A stretch of 64,000 bases of DNA from Candidatus Latescibacterota bacterium (lineage in GTDB: Bacteria; Latescibacterota; UBA2968). The notes under the pieces are model-generated. The model did not search any database. It saw only the letters and a program-made list of their open reading frames with translations, and was not told the origin of the DNA. The translations under genes and the position numbers were made by a program. Below are positions 1 to 9,336 of the stretch, one piece after another. The stretch is from the NCBI GenBank assembly GCA_965204375.1, contig OZ241986.1, forward strand, positions 1,088,001 to 1,152,000, read 5' to 3'. Numbering within the stretch: the first letter of the stretch is position 1; each line of letters starts with the position of its first letter.

Positions 1-126
1 CCGATCCCGGTCCCATCCCTCGCAAAAACAGCCCAGGGAATCGCCTATTGCGCCGCCCAGTAGCGCGCCTACAAACATATCTTCGACTTCGATATCTTCT
101 ATATCGTCTTCCCAATAATCAGCCAT
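1..126 (-). CDS. ADP-ribosylglycohydrolase family protein, N-terminus only (runs off window)
   Basis: Manual translation from ATG at 126: MADYWEDDIEDIEVEDMFVGALLGGAIGDSLGCFCEG; matches the GxLxGxAIGDxLG...E start of ARH/DraG proteins. Confidence 0.8.
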   Translation of the reverse strand, partial: MADYWEDDIEDIEVEDMFVGALLGGAIGDSLGCFCEGWDRDR

Positions 127-174
127 AATTCATCCTCAAGTTTAATCGGTGAAAAAATATCGGAGCAAGAGCCT

Positions 175-1173
175 CTATCGCGTATCTACGATATTGCGAA
201 ATGCCCGAATGTGATCGGGCGTTGTTCCGCAACATCCGCCTATCAAGAATCCACCGGCGTCCAATAAGTCTTCGACGTGTTGTGCCATGTCTTCTGGTCC
301 TTGCGAATACGACGCCTGTTTGGTGACTTTGTCCAGGGTGGGTAAGCCCGCATTGGGATAGGCCATCAAACGCTTGTTTTCAATGCCGCGATCCACAAGC
401 GCTTTTTGCATCTGCACTGTGCCCTCAATTGCATAGGGCATGCCCGTGTGATCTGTATTGCGCGTTTCTGCGCCGCAGTTCAGGCCCAGGAGTTGTACGT
501 CATTGAGCAGATTATCGCCATTGGAAAATTCGCCACTTGCCAAAATGTCCAGCACATCGCCGGGCGAAAAGCCCCAGTCGGTTCGGTAAATCAATTCGCC
601 TGTTTTGCGATCTTTTGTGAATTTATACGTCATATTCACGGCGATGGGCAAGCCCGTCTGCCGCGCAATGTCAACGGCGATTGCCGCTTCTTTGGCGGAA
701 AATTGCGTTTCTATAACAAAAAAATCGACGCCACCTTTGACCATGGCAGAGATCACGCGTGCGTGGGCTGATCGCACATCTGCATTGGGAATGCCAAAAA
801 CCGTATCGCCAGCATCGGCTTCGATAGCACCGGGGGAGGGACCGATGGAGCCACCTACATAAACATCTTTCCCGCTTTCTTCAACGGCTTGCCGCGCGTG
901 TTGGACAGCTAATTTTGTCAATTGCTCGGCATCATCTTCATCGGCGTCAGCCATCTCGAGATGCAGGGGGGATACCACAAATGTGTTCGTGCCGATGGCG
1001 TTTGCACCCGCATTGATATATGCGCGATGCACTGCCACAACCTCGTCGGGATGCGATAGATTGGCGATGGAACTGTTTGCCAGATTCACCCCGTGTGCAA
1101 ATAATTGAGACCCAAACCCGCCGTCATACACCATTGGCTGGTCATCTGCGAGGCGTTCTGCAAAAGGCTTCAT
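175..1173 (-). CDS. Homocysteine S-methyltransferase family protein (stand-alone MetH N-terminal/BHMT-like domain)
   Basis: DGGFGS start, AGA..IGTNTF, Zn ligands GLNCG and IGGCCGTTPDHI, YPNAGLP. Confidence 0.9.
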   Translation of the reverse strand: MKPFAERLADDQPMVYDGGFGSQLFAHGVNLANSSIANLSHPDEVVAVHRAYINAGANAIGTNTFVVSPLHLEMADADEDDAEQLTKLAVQHARQAVEESGKDVYVGGSIGPSPGAIEADAGDTVFGIPNADVRSAHARVISAMVKGGVDFFVIETQFSAKEAAIAVDIARQTGLPIAVNMTYKFTKDRKTGELIYRTDWGFSPGDVLDILASGEFSNGDNLLNDVQLLGLNCGAETRNTDHTGMPYAIEGTVQMQKALVDRGIENKRLMAYPNAGLPTLDKVTKQASYSQGPEDMAQHVEDLLDAGGFLIGGCCGTTPDHIRAFRNIVDTR

Positions 1174-3098
1174 ACCGTCATCCTTTTAAACTGACACCCT
1201 TCGACAAATACGTCAAAGAAGTCTGGCTTTGTCTCCAGTTCCACATGTTCGATTCGCTGCACCAGGCGTTCTAATTCATCGCGTCGTTTCCGAGAAAGGA
1301 GGGTGGTTCTCGCGCCCAATATCGCGGCATTTCCCACTTTTTCAATGCGCTCTTGCGGCACGGGTGCGAGAAAACCGATGTCAATCGCATTTTGCACATT
1401 TACGTAATTGGCAAAACCACCGGATAGATAAAGCCGATGGATCTGGTCGGGGGCAATGCCAAATTCGCGCATGACGAGTAACTGTCCACAATAATTTGCG
1501 GCCTTGGCCTGAGCCAGATTGCTCGCATCTTCGCGCGATAGCGCAATGCCGTGTTCGGGCACCACCATCATTTCATATTGCTTGCGGTCGGCAAATACGC
1601 CCTTTTCCGTCATCATATCATGCCGCCGAAGCTCGGCCAGCAAATCGATTAGCCCAGAGCCGCACAACCCCTGGGGCGCGCCGTTGCCAATTACGCGATA
1701 ATTGAACTGACCATTTTTCCATACCATCGATTCAATCGCCCCATCTTGCCCGGGCATGCCACAGGCGATACCGCCGCCTTCAAATGCCGGTCCCGCCGGA
1801 CAAGAGGCTGCTACCAACCGGTCTCGGTTGCCCACTACGACCTCGGTATTGGTGCCCACATCGACAAGCATAAATATATCGTCTTGATTACCCATTTCTA
1901 CGGCCAGCATGTCCGCTGCGACATCGCCGCCCACATGGCTTGCAATAAGGGGCATGCCATATACCCGCGCTTTGGGATTTGCCCGAATGCCCAATCGCCG
2001 GCTACTTTCGTAAAGGGCGGTTGTTTTTCGTTCTCCAGCCAGATATTCGTGTTCTATTTGAGATTTATAGGGCTTTTGTCCAATGCTCTGCACATCGAGC
2101 CTGAAGAACATATCCCGCATGGTGGCATTGCCTGCGACGACAATTTCGTAAATTTCTTGTCGCTCAAAATCCAATTTTTCACATAGTACGAGAATTTCGT
2201 GGTTGATAGCATTTACCAGTGCCTTCCACAGCTCATTTGGATATTCGCCATCATAGGAAATGCGATACATGATGTCGCTACCGCCAAAACGCTGGGGATT
2301 TTCATAAGATGCAATCGCAATACTCTCGCCAGATTCCAGATCTACGAGATCCATCACAATTGTCGTGGTGCCCACATCAATTGCCAGTCCGTAGATGTGG
2401 CTCCGAAACCGATCGATGTCTTCTCCGTTGTAGAATACCCGGTCTCCACGGCGCGTTACCACGGGGTCGAGATCAATTTCTTTTTGCTGGCTCAAGGTCA
2501 AAATTTGAGGTTCGCGGCGCAGGGGCACAAATTCGACTTCTGCATCTAAATCTACGACTTCGGCCTGACAGGCCAATCGGTAATTGTCTTTTAAGAAGGC
2601 TTCCGCTTCGGTTTTGGGGCACAGGCTCTCTTCTCCCTTTGTAATTTCTACCACGCATTCATGGCATATCCCCGATCGAAAACACGACGTTGGAACCTGA
2701 ACGGCCAGATCGTCGGCATAATCAAATATCGTTTTTCGTCCTTCGAGTTGTTGCACTTGCCCCATGTGTGTAATTGTGCCCGTTCCCTTTTTTCGGCGAC
2801 GGTTTTTTTGTTTTTTGAGCGCGGTCTTCATCTCACGATAGGCATCTGGCTCTGTTTCCCAGGCCGTGCGATAGTCGAGGTTATCGTTGCTGGCACATTG
2901 AAAAAGCGCCCGGTTGGGCGCTGGTTTTCGCTGGAATTTACATCCAAATTTGGCCGTGCACTCGTTGTCCTTGTTTTTGTAGGGACAGCGCATCTGCGCC
3001 TGTTCGTCGGCATGCTGGACAATATCTGAAAAAATTTCAGACATGCGATCCAGTCGCTTTTGATAGGCTTCCCGATCTATTTTTTCGGGTTTACGCAT
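1170..3098 (-). CDS. Reductive activator of corrinoid proteins (RACo/RamA-like; 2Fe-2S + ASKHA ATPase)
   Basis: CFRSGICHEC...RLAC 2Fe-2S motif; DVGTTT, DVGTNTEV, AGPAFEG, GLCGSG, GNAA ASKHA motifs; adjacent to corrinoid protein. Confidence 0.9.
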   Translation of the reverse strand: MRKPEKIDREAYQKRLDRMSEIFSDIVQHADEQAQMRCPYKNKDNECTAKFGCKFQRKPAPNRALFQCASNDNLDYRTAWETEPDAYREMKTALKKQKNRRRKKGTGTITHMGQVQQLEGRKTIFDYADDLAVQVPTSCFRSGICHECVVEITKGEESLCPKTEAEAFLKDNYRLACQAEVVDLDAEVEFVPLRREPQILTLSQQKEIDLDPVVTRRGDRVFYNGEDIDRFRSHIYGLAIDVGTTTIVMDLVDLESGESIAIASYENPQRFGGSDIMYRISYDGEYPNELWKALVNAINHEILVLCEKLDFERQEIYEIVVAGNATMRDMFFRLDVQSIGQKPYKSQIEHEYLAGERKTTALYESSRRLGIRANPKARVYGMPLIASHVGGDVAADMLAVEMGNQDDIFMLVDVGTNTEVVVGNRDRLVAASCPAGPAFEGGGIACGMPGQDGAIESMVWKNGQFNYRVIGNGAPQGLCGSGLIDLLAELRRHDMMTEKGVFADRKQYEMMVVPEHGIALSREDASNLAQAKAANYCGQLLVMREFGIAPDQIHRLYLSGGFANYVNVQNAIDIGFLAPVPQERIEKVGNAAILGARTTLLSRKRRDELERLVQRIEHVELETKPDFFDVFVEGCQFKRMTV

Positions 3099-3852
3099 TC
3101 TCTTCCTCCCACTCCTTCAACAATTGTACAGCCAGTTCCACGCAGTCCAGGGCATTTTCACCGTATCCATCCGCACCCATGTCGTCGGCAAATTCCTGTG
3201 TCACAGGGGCGCCGCCCACCATGATTTTTACATCGTCTCGCAGATCTTCGTCGATAAATGCCTCAATTGTCTTGCCCATGTTCGGCATTGTCGTGGTCAA
3301 CAGTGCGGACATACCCAGTAAATTGGCTTCATGTTCTTCCACGGCATCCATAAATTCGTCTTCGGATGTATCCACGCCGAGGTCGTGGACGACAAACCCG
3401 GCACCGCGCAACATCATGATACACAAATTTTTGCCAATATCGTGCAAATCGCCCTTCACCGTGCCCATAATGACAGTGCCTACCGGATCGACACCCGAGG
3501 CTGACAAAATGGGTTCAATATGCGCCATTCCCGCTTTCATCGCACGGGCACATGCGAGGACTTCGGGTACAAAAATAAAATTCTCTCTAAACTTAATCCC
3601 CACAATGCCCATGCCAGCGATCAATCCATCGTCCATAATTTTCAGCGCGCCCACACCTGCATTTAGGGCTTCGCGCGTTAATTGATCGACATTGTGGTGC
3701 GCGCCATCAATCAATGAGGCGGCAATTTCCTGCATCTCGGGGCTCGCATTTGAGAACAGATCGATATTGCGTTGGATCTCATCGGGGCGTTCTAAAAATT
3801 CCTCTATTTCCTCTTTGATAAATTCATTTTGAATATCGGATAATTCAGCCAT
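3091..3852 (-). CDS. Corrinoid (B12-binding) methyltransferase protein
   Basis: GDLHDIGKN (DxHxxG), SALLTTT, VGGAP; start taken at ATG 3852, overlapping the upstream stop. Confidence 0.92.
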   Translation of the reverse strand: MAELSDIQNEFIKEEIEEFLERPDEIQRNIDLFSNASPEMQEIAASLIDGAHHNVDQLTREALNAGVGALKIMDDGLIAGMGIVGIKFRENFIFVPEVLACARAMKAGMAHIEPILSASGVDPVGTVIMGTVKGDLHDIGKNLCIMMLRGAGFVVHDLGVDTSEDEFMDAVEEHEANLLGMSALLTTTMPNMGKTIEAFIDEDLRDDVKIMVGGAPVTQEFADDMGADGYGENALDCVELAVQLLKEWEEENA

Positions 3853-4894
3853 GAACTCTCTTTTCCTCCGCATGCCAATCCGCGATCGCTTTGGGGATTT
3901 CTTTCAGATTTTCGATGGATGTCTGCAAAGGAATCGCGCATTCAGGCCCGATCAGATTCACACCGGCGTCCAGGTTTTTGTACACTTCTTCTTTTACAGT
4001 TTCCGGATCTTTTGAAAATAGCGTTTCCGGGTTGTTGATGTTGCCGACCAGCGCGATCCGCTCCTTCATAATATCGATTGACTCATTCGGGTCGTTTTTG
4101 GAGTCGTAGTGGAATGCCGCCATGCCCGTTTGCGCGATGTATTCCATCCGATCAACGGTGCGCCCACATATATGTAAAATCAGTGGAATGGGTATGCGGT
4201 CGGCAAATTCAATGTGTAATTCGCGCAAATACCGGTCGTAATAATCGCCGCTGACCAGATCGCCCGTTGCGTGATCGGGCAGGGTCAAGGCGTCGGCACC
4301 CGCTTCAATTTGCGCCACGCCAAATTCGACGGTTACTTCTTTTAATTTGTCCAGAATTTGTCGCGTGTGATCCGGGTCGTCTAATGATAGGAGCAAAAAA
4401 TCCTCTACGCCAAAACAGTGATACGCCAGGGACCAGGGTCCCATTGTTTTGCCGATAATCGCCACTTCGTCGCCGTATTCTTTTCGCAATATGCCAATCG
4501 CGTCCAGTACGCATTTTGTATCGGGATGGGTCAATAAGTTAGACGGGATTTCAATATCATCTACCTTGTGCCAGATCGGTTCTTTCATTTTTACTGTGGG
4601 CCAGTTGTCTTTTTGCTCCCACTGGATTTTGCATCCCAGTGCCGACGATTCTTGAATAATCGTAAATACCGGCATAATTGTGTCAAACCCCAGTTCGGTA
4701 TAGCTCGTTGCCGCCAGGCGCGCCATGAGTTCTGGCTCGCGATTTGCCTGCGGAAATGGGGCATCTACGAGGTCCATTAATTCCACGGTTGCAACCGAAG
4801 TTGGATTGCACGTTGGGGTACGATCTACAGGTGCCCGATTGAGTGCGGCCAATACACGGTCGCGCGGTTTCATGGGTTTTGTCGTCTTGTGCAT
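3845..4894 (-). CDS. MtaA/CmuA family methyltransferase (UroD superfamily)
   Basis: LHICG and C-terminal PECA zinc ligands; QIEAGAD, LVGNI; operon context. Confidence 0.88.
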   Translation of the reverse strand: MHKTTKPMKPRDRVLAALNRAPVDRTPTCNPTSVATVELMDLVDAPFPQANREPELMARLAATSYTELGFDTIMPVFTIIQESSALGCKIQWEQKDNWPTVKMKEPIWHKVDDIEIPSNLLTHPDTKCVLDAIGILRKEYGDEVAIIGKTMGPWSLAYHCFGVEDFLLLSLDDPDHTRQILDKLKEVTVEFGVAQIEAGADALTLPDHATGDLVSGDYYDRYLRELHIEFADRIPIPLILHICGRTVDRMEYIAQTGMAAFHYDSKNDPNESIDIMKERIALVGNINNPETLFSKDPETVKEEVYKNLDAGVNLIGPECAIPLQTSIENLKEIPKAIADWHAEEKRVHG

Positions 4895-4934
4895 ATTGGA
4901 CTCCGAAAGGTGAGGCGTGAGAGGCTGAAAGCGT

Positions 4935-5564
4935 TTAATTTTGCGCGCTCGGGGCTGCGAGCACGCCCCGGCTGGCAGCCTGTTCCAATTCTCTCAAAAC
5001 CGATCGCACATTGGGGGCGCGTACGAGAAGGACACCTATGAGGGGATCGTGTGTCATGCCGCAATCAAAGCGCACCTGGTCTTCTTCTACTTGTTCCAAT
5101 TCGCCCAGCTTTGCAAGCCCGCCGGCCACCAATCGAATGCGCCGGTCTGCGCCTTTTTCATCGCTGTCAGCCGTGACTTTGTATGCGCCATTAGATTGGG
5201 GCGTTGCGGAAATGTGCAATCCCGATTTTTTGTCCAGGATGGTCAATGGTCGCATAGATACATCGTCATTCATGCCGAGTTTGCACGCTTCCAGGAATAG
5301 TCGTTTTACAGGGAGCAGATGTGTGGCTCCACACGGAAAGCGCAGCAATCCCTCGTTTGTGTCTTCCATGCCTCCCAGGACTCGCATCGCATGGTTCACG
5401 GAATCTATACGCGCTTGCGCCCCGTCTATCTGGCTGTATGTGTGAACGCGAAAAGTCGTGCCTTGTGCGTTTTCTTGCCGATATAGCCCTATTGTGATGT
5501 CGTGAAAATGGACATCCATTGGCACCAATTCTATTCGCCGACCGATATCTAATGTCTTTCCCAT
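4935..5564 (-). CDS. Hypothetical protein with two RFxCGxTH repeats
   Basis: 209-aa ORF with GAGGAAGG RBS, co-oriented with the corrinoid operon; RFPCGATH and RFDCGMTH. Confidence 0.75.
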   Translation of the reverse strand: MGKTLDIGRRIELVPMDVHFHDITIGLYRQENAQGTTFRVHTYSQIDGAQARIDSVNHAMRVLGGMEDTNEGLLRFPCGATHLLPVKRLFLEACKLGMNDDVSMRPLTILDKKSGLHISATPQSNGAYKVTADSDEKGADRRIRLVAGGLAKLGELEQVEEDQVRFDCGMTHDPLIGVLLVRAPNVRSVLRELEQAASRGVLAAPSAQN

Positions 5565-5578
5565 GAGAATCCTTCCTC

Positions 5579-6442
5579 TTACCTATCAAGCACATATTGG
5601 CGCACGGCTTTGGCAAATCCATCGTTTTCAATGTGGTCGGTTTGTAAAATATTTTCCCCGGCCACTGCGCGATGGGTTGCTGCATCTGCATTGTACATCA
5701 ATACACCGGTTCCGGCTGCGCGCAACATGGGGAGATCATTATTGCCATCGCCCACAGCCATCACTTCATCGAGGCTGCTGCCAATGTGGTTGGCTATCGC
5801 TGTGAGTGCCGCGCCTTTGTTCACATCCGGGTGCATGATTTCGATGCGACCCGCCACGGCCCAGGCCATGTAAATTTGATCGCCAAATAGATTTTTTAAT
5901 TCATCAACTGTCTCATCTGCATGTCCGGGTTCGGGTAGGAGCATTATTTTGGGGGGCGCGGCCAATTCTTTCGCGCGTATTCGCTGCGCGAGATCGGCAT
6001 CGACTTCATAGACCATATTGGTCATTGTGGCTACCGCGCGGCTCATTTTTGTCATGCGGTCGGTGATATAAACTTCGCAGGGATCCTCGCTATTCATGTC
6101 GCAGCGACAATATACAAAATTCATGAGCCGGTCATCGGCATATTGGATCAGCGATAAGAATATGTCATCGGGCAAACGCTGTTCGTGCATGAGTTGGCGT
6201 GTGCCATTCTTTTTGGGTGCAAAAACCATTGCGCCATTATAACATCCGGCGTAGAGCGCGTCGGCCACGCTGGGATTGCGTACAAACGGAATTTGATTGC
6301 GTTCAAAATTGCGCCCACTCATCGACGCTACAGCTACACCGCGATCCAACAATTCGCAAATCGCCGCCATCGAAGCATCCGATGGGGTGTTGTTGTGATT
6401 TAAGATCGTTCCATCCAGGTCAAATGCCACAAGTCTGATCAC
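5579..6442 (-). CDS. Cof-type HAD-IIB hydrolase
   Basis: DLDGT, SGR, YNGA, NKG, GDGNND motifs; GTG start after GAGGAG. Confidence 0.88.
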   Translation of the reverse strand: MIRLVAFDLDGTILNHNNTPSDASMAAICELLDRGVAVASMSGRNFERNQIPFVRNPSVADALYAGCYNGAMVFAPKKNGTRQLMHEQRLPDDIFLSLIQYADDRLMNFVYCRCDMNSEDPCEVYITDRMTKMSRAVATMTNMVYEVDADLAQRIRAKELAAPPKIMLLPEPGHADETVDELKNLFGDQIYMAWAVAGRIEIMHPDVNKGAALTAIANHIGSSLDEVMAVGDGNNDLPMLRAAGTGVLMYNADAATHRAVAGENILQTDHIENDGFAKAVRQYVLDR

Positions 6443-6452
6443 TGCATCTCCT

Positions 6453-7490
6453 CTAATCAACCAGAGGCAACCGAACGGTTCCGCCTCGCTCTGCCGAGCG
6501 GTGAACCGCTTCGGTAAATTCCATATATCTCATGCCTTCGTAAAAGCTGGTATCGCCCTGAGGCCCACCCTTGATGGCATTGATAAAATCGGCTTCGACA
6601 GTCCATTCGGCGGCTTCATCTTCGGGGATGGGAATTTGTTGCGGTCGTCGATCACCCGTTTTTGCGCCGAGGATTTGCGTTCCCATGTCGTAGATCAATG
6701 TGCCGTCACTGCCATAAGCTTCAACGACGGATTTTCCGCCAAATTGCGCGACGCCCGAAAATAGAAATGCCGCACGCGCACCATTTTCCATTTTGCCTAT
6801 GATGTGTGCCATATCAGGTGTTTCAACTGGTCCATTGCCAGACCCATCGGGTAGGGGGCGCTCTCTGGTAAAAATTTCAGTTTCAGCCGTTATGGTTGAC
6901 ATGTAGCCAAATACGCGCGCTACGCGCTCGACGGTAATGCCCATTCCCAGGATATTCAGACCCGAATACCGGCCCATTTGTCGCCAGTGCAGTGGCTCTT
7001 CGATATCCCAATAGCGCCCGCCCAGGTCGCGGACATAGACGTGGAAAATATCGCCCAAATACCCTTCGTCTATGAGCCGCTTCAAGAAACGTCCACCTTT
7101 CCACGGGGGTGCTGGACAAATTTGGGTTACGAGGTTGGATTCTCGACTTCTGGCATACATCAATCGGGCTTCTCGCAAGTTCATCGCCATGCGCGCCTGT
7201 ACAAATGTGTGTTTGCCCGCGTCTAAGGATGCGAGGACGAATTCACAGTGTTTGTACGGCCATGTGCCGATCATTACGGCGTCGATGTCGTCCCGGTGTA
7301 ACAGGGCCTGTGGATCGGTCATAGCGTCGGCTGATAAGCCCTGCTCGGCTATGACCTTTTCACCGCTTTCTATACTGCGGTTGCATATTGCCACGATTTC
7401 GGCATCGTCAATTTTTGCCAGTCCCGGAAAATGTCGGTTCCGGAAAATACCACCCGCACCAATAATGCCAATGCGAATTTTATCTGCCAT
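6453..7490 (-). CDS. Gfo/Idh/MocA family oxidoreductase
   Basis: IGIIGAGG Rossmann motif; AGKHTFVQARMA in place of the usual EKP. Confidence 0.88.
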   Translation of the reverse strand: MADKIRIGIIGAGGIFRNRHFPGLAKIDDAEIVAICNRSIESGEKVIAEQGLSADAMTDPQALLHRDDIDAVMIGTWPYKHCEFVLASLDAGKHTFVQARMAMNLREARLMYARSRESNLVTQICPAPPWKGGRFLKRLIDEGYLGDIFHVYVRDLGGRYWDIEEPLHWRQMGRYSGLNILGMGITVERVARVFGYMSTITAETEIFTRERPLPDGSGNGPVETPDMAHIIGKMENGARAAFLFSGVAQFGGKSVVEAYGSDGTLIYDMGTQILGAKTGDRRPQQIPIPEDEAAEWTVEADFINAIKGGPQGDTSFYEGMRYMEFTEAVHRSAERGGTVRLPLVD

Positions 7491-7666
7491 TTTTTACCTC
7501 ACTGTGTTGTCGTTGTTCTTATCTCCTATAGCGCATAATGTTCAAGGGTTGCAGAAACTGCAGCGCAAAAGCAAATGTATCACAGTTTTTGTCAATTAGC
7601 AAACGAATCGGTCACGGCTATTTGGGAAAGTAGGGTTGTGGATGTCTGAGGCGCTATTCACACTTT

Positions 7667-7825
7667 TCATCTCACTTCACCAATATGATCCGCCAGCCAT
7701 TCGACAAATTCATCGCCAGAGACATACCCTGACGCAAGCCCTAAAATGACTTGTTCCTGATCATCCTCAGAGGCATCAATCTCATACCCATTCAGGACCA
7801 ACATTACTTCCATCGCTGCATTGCC
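7667..7825 (-). pseudogene. C-terminal fragment of a Doc (death-on-curing, Fic-family) toxin
   Basis: Manual translation GNAAMEVMLVLNGYEIDASEDDQEQVILGLASG...FVEWLADHI*, typical of the region after the Fic HPFxDGNKR motif, which is absent; in-frame stop immediately upstream. Confidence 0.7.
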
Positions 7826-7881
7826 TCATGTCGTGAATCTCCGCTTTTGACCTCCCTGGGTCAAACCACCACCGCGAACAA

Positions 7882-8796
7882 TCATTTGATGCGGCCGAAG
7901 TCTCTCAACGCTTTCAAGTTGTCGACCGTGAACCTGGCTTGCCATTCCCTCCTAACTGTGGGCCACGTCTCTGGATACTGATCTCCCCACGAGAAATTCG
8001 GGTACCAGGAGCCGTCCTCGCCCTGCTGCGCGATTTCGAAGTCCAGATTCATCTCTATTTCTTTTTCGAGCCCCGCGGCCAGAGGTGATTCTGGCGAAGA
8101 AACCAGCCAGAGGGGTTTGAGATTATAGCCGGTCCACTGCGCTGCATCCCGGGCGACACCATGCGCCGCCACCCGGGCCAGTTTCTTCCAGATCCGATCC
8201 CTATTTGGCAGCGCTTCGGTCTCTGCCAGTCGCATGGCACAGAGGATGTCGTTCATGTCCATGTCGTCGGGCAGGGAATCCAGGTGCTCCAGAACGGCTG
8301 CGGTTGATGTTTTCAGCAATTGCGGCGGTACGCCATCGCTGTAGTCGTGTAGATATCCGACGATCTCAGCGCGCGGGTTGACCAGAAACTGCCCAAAAGT
8401 CTCCGCGGTGTTCTCGTAATTCCACCAGGGGGCGTGGGGTGCCTCATCCACTTCGAGTGGAACGATTGGCCAAACCTGCCTGGACTCGTCGTATGTGGCG
8501 ACGAAATACGCGATTCCCTTTCGCACCAGCGCGTGGCCCGCGGATGCCCGAATTTCCCTGAGGATCTGGAAGGCTATGGTGGTCGCAATCGCAGACGAAG
8601 CCGGTGTCCTGATGTCGGGTTCCAGACTGTGGCCAAACCCACCGTCGTCGTTCTGGTAAGATGCCAGGGCGGCCAGAACGGCATCGGCGGATCCGGCTTC
8701 AAAGTGATATTCAAAACGCCTTTGGTCCAACGCACTCCCCTGATCCAGAACGAAGGTCTTTGCTTTCTGAAATGCCGCTTGTGTGAGTCTTTTCAT
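7882..8796 (-). CDS. Prenyltransferase/squalene oxidase repeat-like (alpha/alpha barrel) protein
   Basis: YQNDDGGFGHSLEPD, HAPWW, QGEDGSW motifs; visibly more GC-rich than the flanking genes. Confidence 0.7.
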   Translation of the reverse strand: MKRLTQAAFQKAKTFVLDQGSALDQRRFEYHFEAGSADAVLAALASYQNDDGGFGHSLEPDIRTPASSAIATTIAFQILREIRASAGHALVRKGIAYFVATYDESRQVWPIVPLEVDEAPHAPWWNYENTAETFGQFLVNPRAEIVGYLHDYSDGVPPQLLKTSTAAVLEHLDSLPDDMDMNDILCAMRLAETEALPNRDRIWKKLARVAAHGVARDAAQWTGYNLKPLWLVSSPESPLAAGLEKEIEMNLDFEIAQQGEDGSWYPNFSWGDQYPETWPTVRREWQARFTVDNLKALRDFGRIK

Positions 8797-8799
8797 TCT

Positions 8800-9094
8800 T
8801 GCCCTCCTCTCCTAAAGCGGGGAGAGATGGCCACTCCCCGTTGGGCTAACCAGTTCAAAGAATCCCCACCAAATAAACGATCCAGTGGGGATTGAAAATA
8901 AGGTCAGATCACACCATTCGCTGCACTTCAATTACAGACGCTTGAGTAATGCGAAATGCTTTCATGAAGTCCCGGAAGCTGAGATCGAGTTGATGCTTGC
9001 TCAGGAGCCGAAACGTTTCCTCAAGCGCGCAGTTCCAGGCTTTGTCAAAATTACATAGGGTGTCGTCCAATTCGAAGAAGATCGCGCGAATCAT
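8800..9094 (-). pseudogene. Degenerate HAD hydrolase
   Basis: MIRAIFFELDDTL (motif I with D>E), stop after 61 aa; a frameshifted 'LVG-DSL' motif-IV-like remnant lies downstream. Confidence 0.55.
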
Positions 9095-9257
9095 GGGTCA
9101 AAATGCTCATGTTGGTTAACGTGTAAGGTTGCCAAATGGGGATGTGGTCTCGCCAGGCAAGATAATCGGTAGGGTTGTCGTCAGAAAATGAAATTATCCA
9201 CGCCCATTTTGGGATAGATGATGTTGGGGTAGGTGCGGCAACCTTTTTTTACGTCTG

Positions 9258-9331
9258 GTAGCCCTTTAGCGGCGAAGCCTTTAAAGGGAGACCCTAAAAG
9301 GCGCACGATCAACCGTGTCTTTTTTTAGGGT
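9258..9331. terminator. Two adjacent hairpins (GTAG-led REP-like palindrome plus terminator-like stem) downstream of the DUF402 gene
   Basis: GTAG-CCCTTTA...TAAAGGG (9258-9288) and ACCCTAAAAGGCGCACG...CGTGTCTTTTTTTAGGGT (9291-9331). Confidence 0.5.
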
Positions 9332-9336
9332 GTGGC

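Noticed and set aside
7491-7666. Cobalamin or SAM riboswitch ahead of the corrinoid-containing gene run
   Set aside because: No B12-box or SAM-I core motifs recognised
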